From Deltaproteobacteria bacterium (GTDB taxonomy: Bacteria > Desulfobacterota > Binatia > Binatales > Binataceae), in NCBI GenBank assembly GCA_021780225.1, contig JAJXZF010000040.1, forward strand, positions 30,919-94,918: a DNA stretch of 64,000 nt, given 5' to 3'. Shown piece after piece: positions 31,927 to 40,335 of this stretch (position 1 is its first letter; the number at the start of each line of letters is the position of its first letter). Below the pieces are notes generated by a model. That model did not search any database. It had not been told where the DNA came from and saw only the letters and a program-made list of their open reading frames with translations. Position numbers and translations under genes: made by a program.

Positions 31927-32135
31927 ATGCGCTCAGCGGGGTTGGTGGCCGCTCAGCCGGAGTCACGAGGTTTCTATGTCGCCCGGTTTATAAACGCTGC
32001 GTGCTTTGTCCGGATATGGAGTGATTCATATGCGTGAAATCGGTTGAAATCGAGGCCAAAATAGAGATCACAATTCACGCCGCCGGCAGGTCCAGCCATC
32101 GTCTCCCGCGTATAATTTAAAAAGGCTCAGAGACG

Positions 32136-33278
32136 TCAGTTCGTCGCGGCGCGTTCACCGATCAGGCGATCGACCTCCGACTTCAACCGCGGCAGCACGT
32201 CGTCGTATTTGAAGTTGCCGAGCTTCTGCGCCTTGCGCTTCAGATTGACCGTCGTCGGCCCGCACCACAGCCCCAAATCGGCGTCGTCGGTCTCGCCCGG
32301 GCCGTTGACCCTGCAGCCCATCACCGCGATCGTGATTTTGTATTGCGCCGCGTAGGCGGTCAGTTCCTTGACCTGCTGCGCCAGCTCGACGAATTTCTCG
32401 TTTTCCACGCGCGAGCACGACGGGCACGAGATGATGTTCAGGCCCGAGCCGAAATCCGGCGCCGAGATGAACCGGCCGGCCCGCACGTCCTCGACGATCT
32501 GGTGGCCGACCAGCACTTCTTCGTGCTTGCGCTCGTTCGGCAGCGTCAGCGAAACCCGAATCGTGTCGCCCACGTCCTGCGCCAGCAACTGCTCGAAGGC
32601 GACGCGGGTCTTGACGATGCCGTCGGGCGGCAGGCCCGCTTCGGTCACGCCCAGATGAATCGGCACGTCGGGGCGGCGCTGATGGAACCGGCGGTTGGCT
32701 TCGACCACCTTGGCCGGGTCGCTGTCCTTGAGCGACACGACGAAGCGGTCGAACCCATATTCCTCCATCAGCCCGCAATGCCATGCCGCCGACTCGACGA
32801 TCGCGGTCAACTGGTCGCCGGGATATTTCTCCAGGAAGGCGGGCGCCACCGAGCCGCAATTGACTCCGATCCGGATCGCAAGGTTGTTGTCGCGGGCCAC
32901 CTCGACCAGCCACTTGACCTTCTGCGGAATCGTTTTGGACTTCTCGATATGGTGCAGATGGCCGGGGTTGTAGCGAATCTTGTCAACGTATGGCGCGACC
33001 TTGCCGGCGATACGGTAGTTCTCCTGCAGATCGACCGAGAGGGTCACGCCCGGCGTCGCCGCGCGGATTTCCCTGAGCGCCGCCACCTCTTTTTCATTGT
33101 CGAGCGCGATTCGCACGATGCCGGCGCCGGCCGCCGCCAACTGCCGCGCCTGCGCGATCGTCGCGTCGATATCCATTGTGCGGGTCGCGCACATTGACTG
33201 CACCACAATCGGCGCGCCGCCGCCGACCTCGACGCCGCCAATTCGAATCCGCCTCGTCGTCCGTTCCGTCTCGCTCAT
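32136..33278 (-). CDS. ispG: 4-hydroxy-3-methylbut-2-enyl diphosphate synthase
   Basis: 380 aa with the GcpE TIM-barrel N-terminal domain and C-terminal 4Fe-4S Cys motif (CPSCSR...GC). Confidence 0.9.
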   Translation of the reverse strand: MSETERTTRRIRIGGVEVGGGAPIVVQSMCATRTMDIDATIAQARQLAAAGAGIVRIALDNEKEVAALREIRAATPGVTLSVDLQENYRIAGKVAPYVDKIRYNPGHLHHIEKSKTIPQKVKWLVEVARDNNLAIRIGVNCGSVAPAFLEKYPGDQLTAIVESAAWHCGLMEEYGFDRFVVSLKDSDPAKVVEANRRFHQRRPDVPIHLGVTEAGLPPDGIVKTRVAFEQLLAQDVGDTIRVSLTLPNERKHEEVLVGHQIVEDVRAGRFISAPDFGSGLNIISCPSCSRVENEKFVELAQQVKELTAYAAQYKITIAVMGCRVNGPGETDDADLGLWCGPTTVNLKRKAQKLGNFKYDDVLPRLKSEVDRLIGERAATN

Positions 33279-33282
33279 CGCC

Positions 33283-33636
33283 TCAGCCCTTGCGCTCCGC
33301 CGCCGCCGCGTTGACCTGATCGGTCACGGCCATCGCCACGCACGCATGCGCGAAGGGACCGCCCGCCCGCAGCGCCATCGCGACAAACGCCGCCTCGGCG
33401 ATCTCTTCGTCGGTCGCGCCCTGTTTCTTCGCGCGTTTGGTGTGGTCCTCGATACACCACATGCACTGGGTGACATGCGCCGCCGTCACCGCCATCAGTT
33501 CCTTGGTCCGCGCCGGCAGCGCGCCGTCCTTGAACACGGCCTGATCGAAATCCATGAAGCTCTTGAACAGGTCGGGCTTGAGCAGGCGCAGTTTGCGCAG
33601 GCTCTTGATCGTATCGCGCGCGAATAGTTCAGCCAT
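33283..33636 (-). CDS. carboxymuconolactone decarboxylase / AhpD-like family protein
   Basis: 117 aa with the CMWCIEDH (CxxCxxxH) AhpD core motif; its stop lies 4 nt before the ispG start. Confidence 0.8.
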   Translation of the reverse strand: MAELFARDTIKSLRKLRLLKPDLFKSFMDFDQAVFKDGALPARTKELMAVTAAHVTQCMWCIEDHTKRAKKQGATDEEIAEAAFVAMALRAGGPFAHACVAMAVTDQVNAAAAERKG

Positions 33637-34088
33637 CGCGGATCCTCCTGGACGCCAGCCGCCGGACGCGCCGCGGCGTCCGTATGCCGTCGCGTCACGC
33701 TTTCGCCAACCGCCATCGCCGTGGCGCTCGGGCTGGCCGATTAAATATAGCAGACGGCCGCGCGGCGGCCATCCAGACCCTCCAATGGCTCAATTCGGCC
33801 CGCTCGACGGTCGTCTCAAGGTTCGGCGCTAATGCCTCATTCTGAGATATTCCAGTCTATTCTTGCCAATTAGAAGCAAAATAACCAACGTATCCATACG
33901 GCATGAAATCACAAAAAATTACAAAAAATTCAGTGTCAAATGACTTGCGTACATGTTTTCTTGATGCTAATAGAGCTTTAGCAGTATCTATGGCGGTCAG
34001 ACGTGCCTGAAAGGGCAGATCCGCAACGCCTGGTGGTTGGACCAGTTTTTGATATGCGAATCGCTCGTTCAGGAAGGAGCGGATAGCG

Positions 34089-34535
34089 ATGGATCAGGCG
34101 AAGCACGAAATGGACGCGATGGACTCGATCGGGTTTGCCGACATCATTCTTCCCAGCCAGTTTTACGGCGCGATGGGCGGGGGCGCTTTGTGCAGCGAAC
34201 AACGCCTGATGCTCGCGGTGCTGGTCGATGCGATCAACATCTTGCAGGGATGGAACCGCACGGGTAGCGCGCGCAAGCGCCGGGCGTTCGCCGAAGCCGG
34301 ACAATGGGTCGGCGCCCGGGGCACGTCTTATCCGTTTTCGTTCGACAGCGTTTGCGACGCGCTCGGAATCGATTCCGAAGTATTGCGCGGCCGGCTTGGA
34401 CCGCTGGCGATCGGTCACGGCGGAATCGACCGGATGGGTGGACGGCTGCGCCTGAAGGAATCCAGCCGTGCGCAGCATATGACGGCGAATCGCATCCGTC
34501 GGCGCAAACGGGACCGGATGGTCGCGGCGCGCTGA
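34089..34535 (+). CDS. hypothetical protein (148 aa), first gene of a three-gene accessory module
   Basis: GGAAGGAG RBS 7 nt before the ATG. High GC3. Basic C-terminal tail (RIRRRKRDR). No recognisable domain. Confidence 0.6.
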   Translation: MDQAKHEMDAMDSIGFADIILPSQFYGAMGGGALCSEQRLMLAVLVDAINILQGWNRTGSARKRRAFAEAGQWVGARGTSYPFSFDSVCDALGIDSEVLRGRLGPLAIGHGGIDRMGGRLRLKESSRAQHMTANRIRRRKRDRMVAAR

Positions 34536-34568
34536 TTCGCTTGCGCGCCCGGCGCCCGCCGGGCGCGA

Positions 34569-35198
34569 TTGACTGCTTCGCGCCGGCCTCCGTATGATCG
34601 CTATGCTCTGTTCCGGAGGCATCTTCCAGTGCGAATGCTGTTACCGCCGATCGTGCGCCGCCGCGAGATGGATAAAGGCTTGGTGGAGTTCTTCCACAGC
34701 CATCGGAAAAGCGCGTTTCGACGTGCGATAGCGGATTTTTGCGTATTTTACCACCTACGCCGTCCACGAATCGAATGGTACGAGTACATAGACTGGGGTA
34801 AAACGGCCGGACGCACGTTTGAAGACGGCCGCATCCACATGGTCCATCCTGAAAATTGGAAACGGGGCCGCGTCTATAATTCCGAACGGATGTGGGTTCA
34901 GACCGTCTATCACGAACTGGCGCACTATCTCTTCTGGACCGACGCCGAGCGCAAAGCCGAAGCGTTTACGCGGCGGATGGTGCGAGGATTGCGCCGTCCG
35001 GCGCGGCGGATAGCCAAGCCGGCGGCCGCGCAAAAGACCAGGCGCATCTCCGCTGGCCGGCGGAATGCCGCCGCCACCCGCGTCCGATCGGCCGGCCGCC
35101 GGCGCGCCGGACGCGAACGGATCGCGCCGACTCGCGCCGCCCAGGTGCGCGCCGAAGCGCGTGGTGCGCGGCGCGCCACGCGCCGGGCTGTTCGGTAG
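34569..35198 (+). CDS. HExxH-motif protein (putative zinc metallopeptidase-like) with Arg/Ala-rich tail
   Basis: VYHELAHYLFW zincin-like motif and a roughly 80-residue Arg/Ala-rich low-complexity C-terminus. Start uncertain (ATG 34635 or 34668 also possible). Confidence 0.5.
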   Translation: MTASRRPPYDRYALFRRHLPVRMLLPPIVRRREMDKGLVEFFHSHRKSAFRRAIADFCVFYHLRRPRIEWYEYIDWGKTAGRTFEDGRIHMVHPENWKRGRVYNSERMWVQTVYHELAHYLFWTDAERKAEAFTRRMVRGLRRPARRIAKPAAAQKTRRISAGRRNAAATRVRSAGRRRAGRERIAPTRAAQVRAEARGARRATRRAVR

Positions 35199-35204
35199 GC
35201 GCGG

Positions 35205-35774
35205 GTGCGCGCTGGATTATCGGCGATGTCGCAAAAACCGACCGTGGAAAATCGCTGGTGGGTCGAAACCAGTTTCAAAAAGCCTCGCCAGGCGCGCGCG
35301 GAAACCGAACTTCCCCAGTTGCCGATCGCGATGAGCTTTTACGCCGTCGCCAAGGATTACGATCAGGATCGCGCGAAGGACGACCTCACCGACAATAATC
35401 TTCGTATCGCGCGCGCCGCCGATCCGCCGGCCGGCGATTGGGCATACGTGGCGATGACCGACGAGCATTTTCCGCCCCGGATGGTCAAACGGATCAAGGA
35501 AGAGTTTCGCATCCCGCACGAGGCGCGCGGCGTGATCCTCGACCATGGCCGGCTCTTACGCCTGCTGATTTGCGGTCCAGAGCTCGAAGATTGGATGATC
35601 GACGTGACGCTGAGCGACGAACCGTCGGTTGACGTTTATGTCTGGAACGTGATGCATCGCGAGCGGCTTTTCCGGCGCGCCGAAGACGCGCTCAAGCAGG
35701 CGCGGCGATGGGCGATCAATCTGTTGCGGAATCCGCCGCCGCGCGACGAACCGTTCCGCGGCGCGCTCCTCTAG
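35205..35774 (+). CDS. hypothetical protein (about 180 aa)
   Basis: Co-oriented with and 6 nt after the previous ORF. GC3-rich. No recognisable domain. Confidence 0.5.
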   Translation: MRAGLSAMSQKPTVENRWWVETSFKKPRQARAETELPQLPIAMSFYAVAKDYDQDRAKDDLTDNNLRIARAADPPAGDWAYVAMTDEHFPPRMVKRIKEEFRIPHEARGVILDHGRLLRLLICGPELEDWMIDVTLSDEPSVDVYVWNVMHRERLFRRAEDALKQARRWAINLLRNPPPRDEPFRGALL

Positions 35775-35827
35775 AAAACGCCGAAATGTTCTAATGTCCT
35801 GCTGACGCGGCCGCAAAGCAATGGACT

Positions 35828-36253
35828 TCAAGACGGCCGAATGGTCAGGACCGGCCGCGGCGATTCGCGGATGACCCGCTCGGCGACGCTGCCCAGCACC
35901 AAGCGTTTTAGACCCCTGCGGCCATGTGTGGCCATCATGACGACGTCGATCGCCGGACTCGCCGCGGCGCTCAGAATTTCCATCGCCGGGTCGCCCGAAG
36001 AGACCGCGACTTCATACAGCGCGGGCTCTTTGAGCCGTTCCGCCGCCAGACGCTCAAGACGCTGGCGCGCCTCGTGCTCCGGCGGACTGAATTGCTCCAA
36101 CGGCACCGGCTCGCCAAACGATTCGCGCGGCACCGGCACGACGTAAAGCAAATGAAGCTTGCCGTGATTCGCGCGGGCCAGTTCGGCCGCGGCGTCGAGT
36201 ACGCTCAGCGATACCGGATCGAAATCGACAGGACACAAGATATTCTGGAACAT
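35828..36253 (-). CDS. universal stress protein UspA family
   Basis: 141 aa with the ATP-binding motif MATHGRRGLKRLVLGSVAERV (G-2x-G-9x-GS). Confidence 0.85.
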   Translation of the reverse strand: MFQNILCPVDFDPVSLSVLDAAAELARANHGKLHLLYVVPVPRESFGEPVPLEQFSPPEHEARQRLERLAAERLKEPALYEVAVSSGDPAMEILSAAASPAIDVVMMATHGRRGLKRLVLGSVAERVIRESPRPVLTIRPS

Positions 36254-36421
36254 CGCCGGCTTCCGCGATAATGATCGCGCCTCTATGATTCAACATCACC
36301 GTCTGCGCGCAGAAATGGAAGCAAAAGCGGCCTGTGCTCCGGCGCGATTCGCGTTTCGGCGAAACGCTTGTCCAGAGGATGCTGTCACGACGCCGGCGCC
36401 TGGCGACGACGGCCGGACTTC

Positions 36422-36859
36422 ATGTCGCGAAAGGTTCCGGCGGTTCGTTTGAAGCAGCACGTGGTAAAGCGCGGGCGGGTGCTGGCCGCATCTTTGGTCG
36501 CAATCGCCACACTATCGTCTTCCGCAAAGAGCGCAGCCGCTCCGGCCGCTCTCTACCAACAGCAGTGCGCGCGATGCCACGGCGCGGACGGCGCCGCCGA
36601 AAGCCGTTCAGACTCCGGCAGCGCGTTGCCATCGCATAGTTTGCGCGATTGCTCCTGGATGGACCTGATGTCGAACGCGACGCTGTTTCTCGCGATCAAA
36701 AATGGCGGCGGCGCAATCGGCATTAGCCCCTCGATGCCCGCGTTCAGCGGCCATCTGACAAACGACGAAATGGCGGGATTGGTAAGCTATATCCGGGGTT
36801 TTTGCGCCGAACCTGAGCCACGGACCGACTCGATTATCATCCCCTCGGCGCGCCGCTGA
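36422..36859 (+). CDS. c-type cytochrome (class I, monoheme)
   Basis: Signal peptide, CARCHG heme-binding motif and a downstream Met ligand region. Confidence 0.7.
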   Translation: MSRKVPAVRLKQHVVKRGRVLAASLVAIATLSSSAKSAAAPAALYQQQCARCHGADGAAESRSDSGSALPSHSLRDCSWMDLMSNATLFLAIKNGGGAIGISPSMPAFSGHLTNDEMAGLVSYIRGFCAEPEPRTDSIIIPSARR

Positions 36860-37274
36860 GCGCCAATCGTACGATCCAGGCTGGCTCGACGCCGGGATCG
36901 GCTGGGCATCAGCCTCGGATACCGGTCCAAATTTATCCAAATCAGCCTGAAATAATTAAGAACCTGGATCGTCTATATTTCGAGGGCATTACGAAGCGTC
37001 TCTCAACCATGGTAGAGATCGTCCGACTTTCGCACTCATGGAGGTTGCGGCGCAAAACAGCATCAAAGCTTGAAATTGCAATAACATCAGTCTATAAAAT
37101 CTAGATAACAGCTGATTTTGAATCGTTTGACAAAATTTCGGATGTTTCGCCATGATTCGTGAGTTGTGGATAAAATCTGATGAAATGAGCTAGATTTCCT
37201 AGCAAATTTCGTTACATGGCTGCTAAAATGAGTGTTGATCACCATTCCTTAGGTTGAGCCAAAGAGGAGATAAC

Positions 37275-37526
37275 GTGGAAGAGAATCGGACAAAGAAACA
37301 CGGGGCGCATGGTTTGCCCCCAAAGGTCCTCACCGTTCGTGAGTTGTCGGAATATCTTCGGGTTCATCCGACGACCGTCTATCGGCTGCTCCGCGCGCGG
37401 CAGCTGCCGGGATTTCGAGTCGGCAGCGAATGGCGTTTCAGCATCGATATGATCGAGCGCTGGCGTTCCGAGGAAGAACAGTCGTCGGTCGAGATCAAGG
37501 CGCGGCGCGGCAAGCGAGCCGGCTGA
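37275..37526 (+). CDS. excisionase-family helix-turn-helix DNA-binding protein
   Basis: GTG 37275, 6 nt after AGGAG. HTH core LTVRELSEYLRVHPTTVYRLLRARQLPGFRVGSEWRF, MerR/excisionase-type. Paralog of the 60086-60292 gene. Confidence 0.7.
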   Translation: MEENRTKKHGAHGLPPKVLTVRELSEYLRVHPTTVYRLLRARQLPGFRVGSEWRFSIDMIERWRSEEEQSSVEIKARRGKRAG

Positions 37527-37780
37527 TCGCACGACAGGCCGCGGAATCCGCTTCCGTACCGTTTCAAAACGGCGCGATTGGCGCGGATGATCGGTTCAAG
37601 ATCCGAAAGTTTCGAACGTTGGTTTTATTTACCTTGATTTGATAGCCCCACGTGCGTCGTCGGCGCACCGTGTTCAAGTTAACCCAGTTGGGCTTAGCGA
37701 TCCGCAGGTCTGTTCGGATTCATCGGACGCGATCCACGAGATATGCGTCGGCGCATGCGTGCGTCTAGGACTTTTACGAG

Positions 37781-39430
37781 TTGCCGGATGATCATAAGTT
37801 GATCAAAACTGGCAACGCGATGATGTCCTCACCCGAAGCCGAACGCTTCCGCACCCTCTACGAGCTCGGCTGCGCCTTTTCGGCAAAGACGGAACTCGCC
37901 GAACTTGTTCCTTACGTGATCGAGAAATGCCGCGAGGCTTTGAATGCCGAAGCCGCTTCGGTCCTGATGCTCGATCGGGACCGCAATGAACTTTACTTTC
38001 CGTACGTGTCGGACTCGAACCAGGGCGTGGCCGACGTGTTGCGCAGCCTGCGGCTGCCGGCCGACAAGGGCATCGCCGGCGCGGCGTTGAACCATAATCA
38101 AACCATCGTCGTGAATGACGCTCAGAATGACGCGCGGCTTTACCGCGCGATCGATCGCCAGACCGGCGCCGTGACGCGCAGCCTTGTCGCCACGCCGCTG
38201 CAAGGCCGCAATGGCGTGATCGGCGTGCTTGAAATTCTCAATCGGCGCGGAAACGGGACCTTCGACAACAGCGATATCGCATTTCTCGAGGCGGTTTCGG
38301 AAAGCATCGCGATCGCGATCGAAAACGCCAGCCTCTACGCGCAGCTTCGCGACTCCGAAGCGATCCTGCGCACTCAAGTCGGCGCTTTGCGCCGCGATCT
38401 CGCCAAGAACGACCTCTTTACGGAAATCATCGGCTCGAGCGCGCCGATGTTTGAAGTATTCCAGCTCATGGAAGCGGCGGCCACGTCTTCGATCGCCGTA
38501 ATGATTCAGGGCGATACGGGAACCGGAAAGGAATTGGTCGCGCGCGGAATCCATCGCGCCAGCGCGCGGTGCGAGGCGCCGTTCGTCGCGGTCAATTGCG
38601 CGGCGATGCCGGAGACGCTGCTCGAAAGCGAATTGTTCGGGCATCGCAAAGGAGCCTTTACCGGCGCGATCCGGGACAACCCCGGCGTCTTTCGAGCCGC
38701 GTCGGGAGGCGTGGTTTTTCTCGATGAAGTCGCGGAAATGCCAGTTCGGATGCAGGCCAAGCTGCTGCGGGTTCTCGAACAGGAGGAAGTGATTCCGGTC
38801 GGCGAAACCTTTCCGGTGCGCGTCGATGTGAGAATCGTCTCGGCCACCAATCGCGACTTGAAGACGGAGATCGCCGCGGGCGCATTTCGGGAAGATCTCT
38901 ACTACCGGCTTGCGGCCTTCCCGATCCGGCTGCCTCCGCTGCGCGCCCGGCGGGAAGATATCGAATCGCTCGCGAGCCGTTTCCTGACCGTCTCCGCCGA
39001 ACGCCATCACAAGCGTCTGGCCGGTTTCGATCCCGCGGTGCTCGCGATCTTTTCCAACTACGATTGGCCGGGCAATGTGCGGCAGTTGCGCAATGAAATC
39101 GATCGCGCCGTCGCGATGGCGCGCGAGGGCGACACTATCGGCGTGCCTCAGCTCTCCCAGGATTTGCGAGCGGCTGCAAGCCATTCCGCGCCGATCAAAG
39201 CCGACGCCGCGACTGCGTCCGCGCCGGTCACAGCCGCCTCCGCCGCCGACGGCGTTGAGGGTCACGAGAGCCACACTCGTTCGCTACGGCAGGCGCGCGC
39301 GGAATTCGAAGCTGCTTTCATCAATGAGGCTCTGGCGCGCCATCACGGCAACGTCTCGCGCGCGGCGCAGGCGCTGGGGATTTCGCGCCCCGCGCTGCAA
39401 GAGAAGATAAAAACCTACCATCTCCGATAA
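37781..39430 (+). CDS. sigma-54-dependent transcriptional activator with N-terminal GAF domain (Fis-type C-terminal HTH)
   Basis: GAF domain, AAA+ domain with Walker A GDTGTGKE and GAFTGA motif, and C-terminal HTH. Alternative start ATG 37820. Confidence 0.88.
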   Translation: MPDDHKLIKTGNAMMSSPEAERFRTLYELGCAFSAKTELAELVPYVIEKCREALNAEAASVLMLDRDRNELYFPYVSDSNQGVADVLRSLRLPADKGIAGAALNHNQTIVVNDAQNDARLYRAIDRQTGAVTRSLVATPLQGRNGVIGVLEILNRRGNGTFDNSDIAFLEAVSESIAIAIENASLYAQLRDSEAILRTQVGALRRDLAKNDLFTEIIGSSAPMFEVFQLMEAAATSSIAVMIQGDTGTGKELVARGIHRASARCEAPFVAVNCAAMPETLLESELFGHRKGAFTGAIRDNPGVFRAASGGVVFLDEVAEMPVRMQAKLLRVLEQEEVIPVGETFPVRVDVRIVSATNRDLKTEIAAGAFREDLYYRLAAFPIRLPPLRARREDIESLASRFLTVSAERHHKRLAGFDPAVLAIFSNYDWPGNVRQLRNEIDRAVAMAREGDTIGVPQLSQDLRAAASHSAPIKADAATASAPVTAASAADGVEGHESHTRSLRQARAEFEAAFINEALARHHGNVSRAAQALGISRPALQEKIKTYHLR

Positions 39431-39462
39431 GTTTTCCGGCGGCGATCCGACGGAAAACTTTA
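39431..39462 (+). terminator. hairpin immediately after the sigma-54 activator stop
   Basis: GTTTTCCG-12 nt-CGGAAAAC followed by TTTACG. Confidence 0.4.
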
Positions 39463-39607
39463 CGCCAAGGCGATCGACGCCAATCGATTGGCGCTCGAAT
39501 GAACCAAACTATTCAGTCTTTTCAAACACTTAGAAAATAAACGCGGCCATCAGGCCGATGGCGCCCTAATTGCTCAATAAGTTTTCCCAGCAGCGGGGAG
39601 AAAACCA

Positions 39608-39916
39608 ATGACAATTCGGCGCGCCAGATTAGAACATCGGGGACCTGCACACGCGACTGGCCGACTATATCGTTCATCGCGGCGCCAGACCACGGACGTC
39701 GGCAACGCGATTTTGCGGATCGCCCGGCTTCGCTACGAAATTTTCCGGGAGCGGTTTGGCCGCGATCCTGAACCCGACGAACCCTTGTTTTTCGATGTCT
39801 CTCATGGCCGGCCAGTAATCGCGAATGAGACCGAAATGTTCCGACAGGTATCGGACGCGGCTTCTGCGACCCGCGCGGATTTCCTCTCGGTCGCCAAATT
39901 TCTTGGGCTCGGATAA
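39608..39916 (+). CDS. hypothetical small protein (102 aa), weak call
   Basis: GGGAGA 6 nt before the ATG. Non-repetitive composition. Located inside a palindrome-rich non-coding stretch. Confidence 0.3.
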   Translation: MTIRRARLEHRGPAHATGRLYRSSRRQTTDVGNAILRIARLRYEIFRERFGRDPEPDEPLFFDVSHGRPVIANETEMFRQVSDAASATRADFLSVAKFLGLG

Positions 39917-40101
39917 GGCGTCAGAGCGGCGGAATGGGTGAAGAGGGGGGCTCTGACGCGCCCATCCGGCTTTGAAGCCGGCGATAAACCTCCGGCGACG
40001 CCCGAAGCCTGCGTCCAAAACAGATAAAAACCAGACAAATAATTCGCCAAAGCCGGTCGGCGCGCCATTGACGGAATTACCCTGCCAGGTCCGTCGTGGC
40101 T

Positions 40102-40119
40102 GCCGGCCGGCGTCTTTTT
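40102..40119 (+). terminator. GC palindrome plus T-run (terminator-like) in the 39.9-40.3 kb non-coding stretch
   Basis: GCCGGCCGGC followed by GTCTTTTTA. Confidence 0.35.
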
Positions 40120-40335
40120 AATCCGTCCGGCTATTTGATATTGCGCGCCGGCCTCCGCGCTTGTCGGCGATTGGCCTAATCGCCTATGTAAAGGGATGCG
40201 CCGCGCGACACATACGCCGGGGCGCGAGTCCCAGGATCGCAACGCCTTCAATGGCGCCGCGCCGGAATATCGGCGACCCGCGCGAAGCCATCCGGTCGCG
40301 CGCGCAAATCATTCAACTCGGAGGAACTCAGGACA

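Larger units (their letters stand above)
30560..32135. other. low-GC island carrying a type II restriction-modification gene pair (probable horizontal acquisition)
   Basis: GC content drops sharply below the roughly 67% background. Codon usage of the two genes is AT3-rich. The island is inserted between the CoA-transferase/small ORF and the 3' end of ispG. Confidence 0.5.

Noticed and set aside
30192-31938. The 8-mer GCGCTCAG at both edges of the RM island as a target-site duplication
   Set aside because: A GC-rich 8-mer is expected about 2-3 times by chance in 64 kb of this composition. The surrounding sequence shows no extended direct repeat.
34234-34767. A 177-aa minus-strand ORF overlapping hypothetical genes A and B
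   Set aside because: The plus-strand frames carry the GC3 bias, the RBS and the HExxH motif. The minus-strand translation is low-complexity.
36860-37274. A sigma-54 -24/-12 (TGGCAC-N5-TTGCW) promoter in the AT-rich leaders
   Set aside because: By eye no element has the correct GG/GC spacing. This needs a PWM scan.
37254-37274. The TTG start given by the track for the HTH gene
   Set aside because: GTG 37275 sits 6 nt after a perfect AGGAG and gives the conserved HTH without a junk leader.
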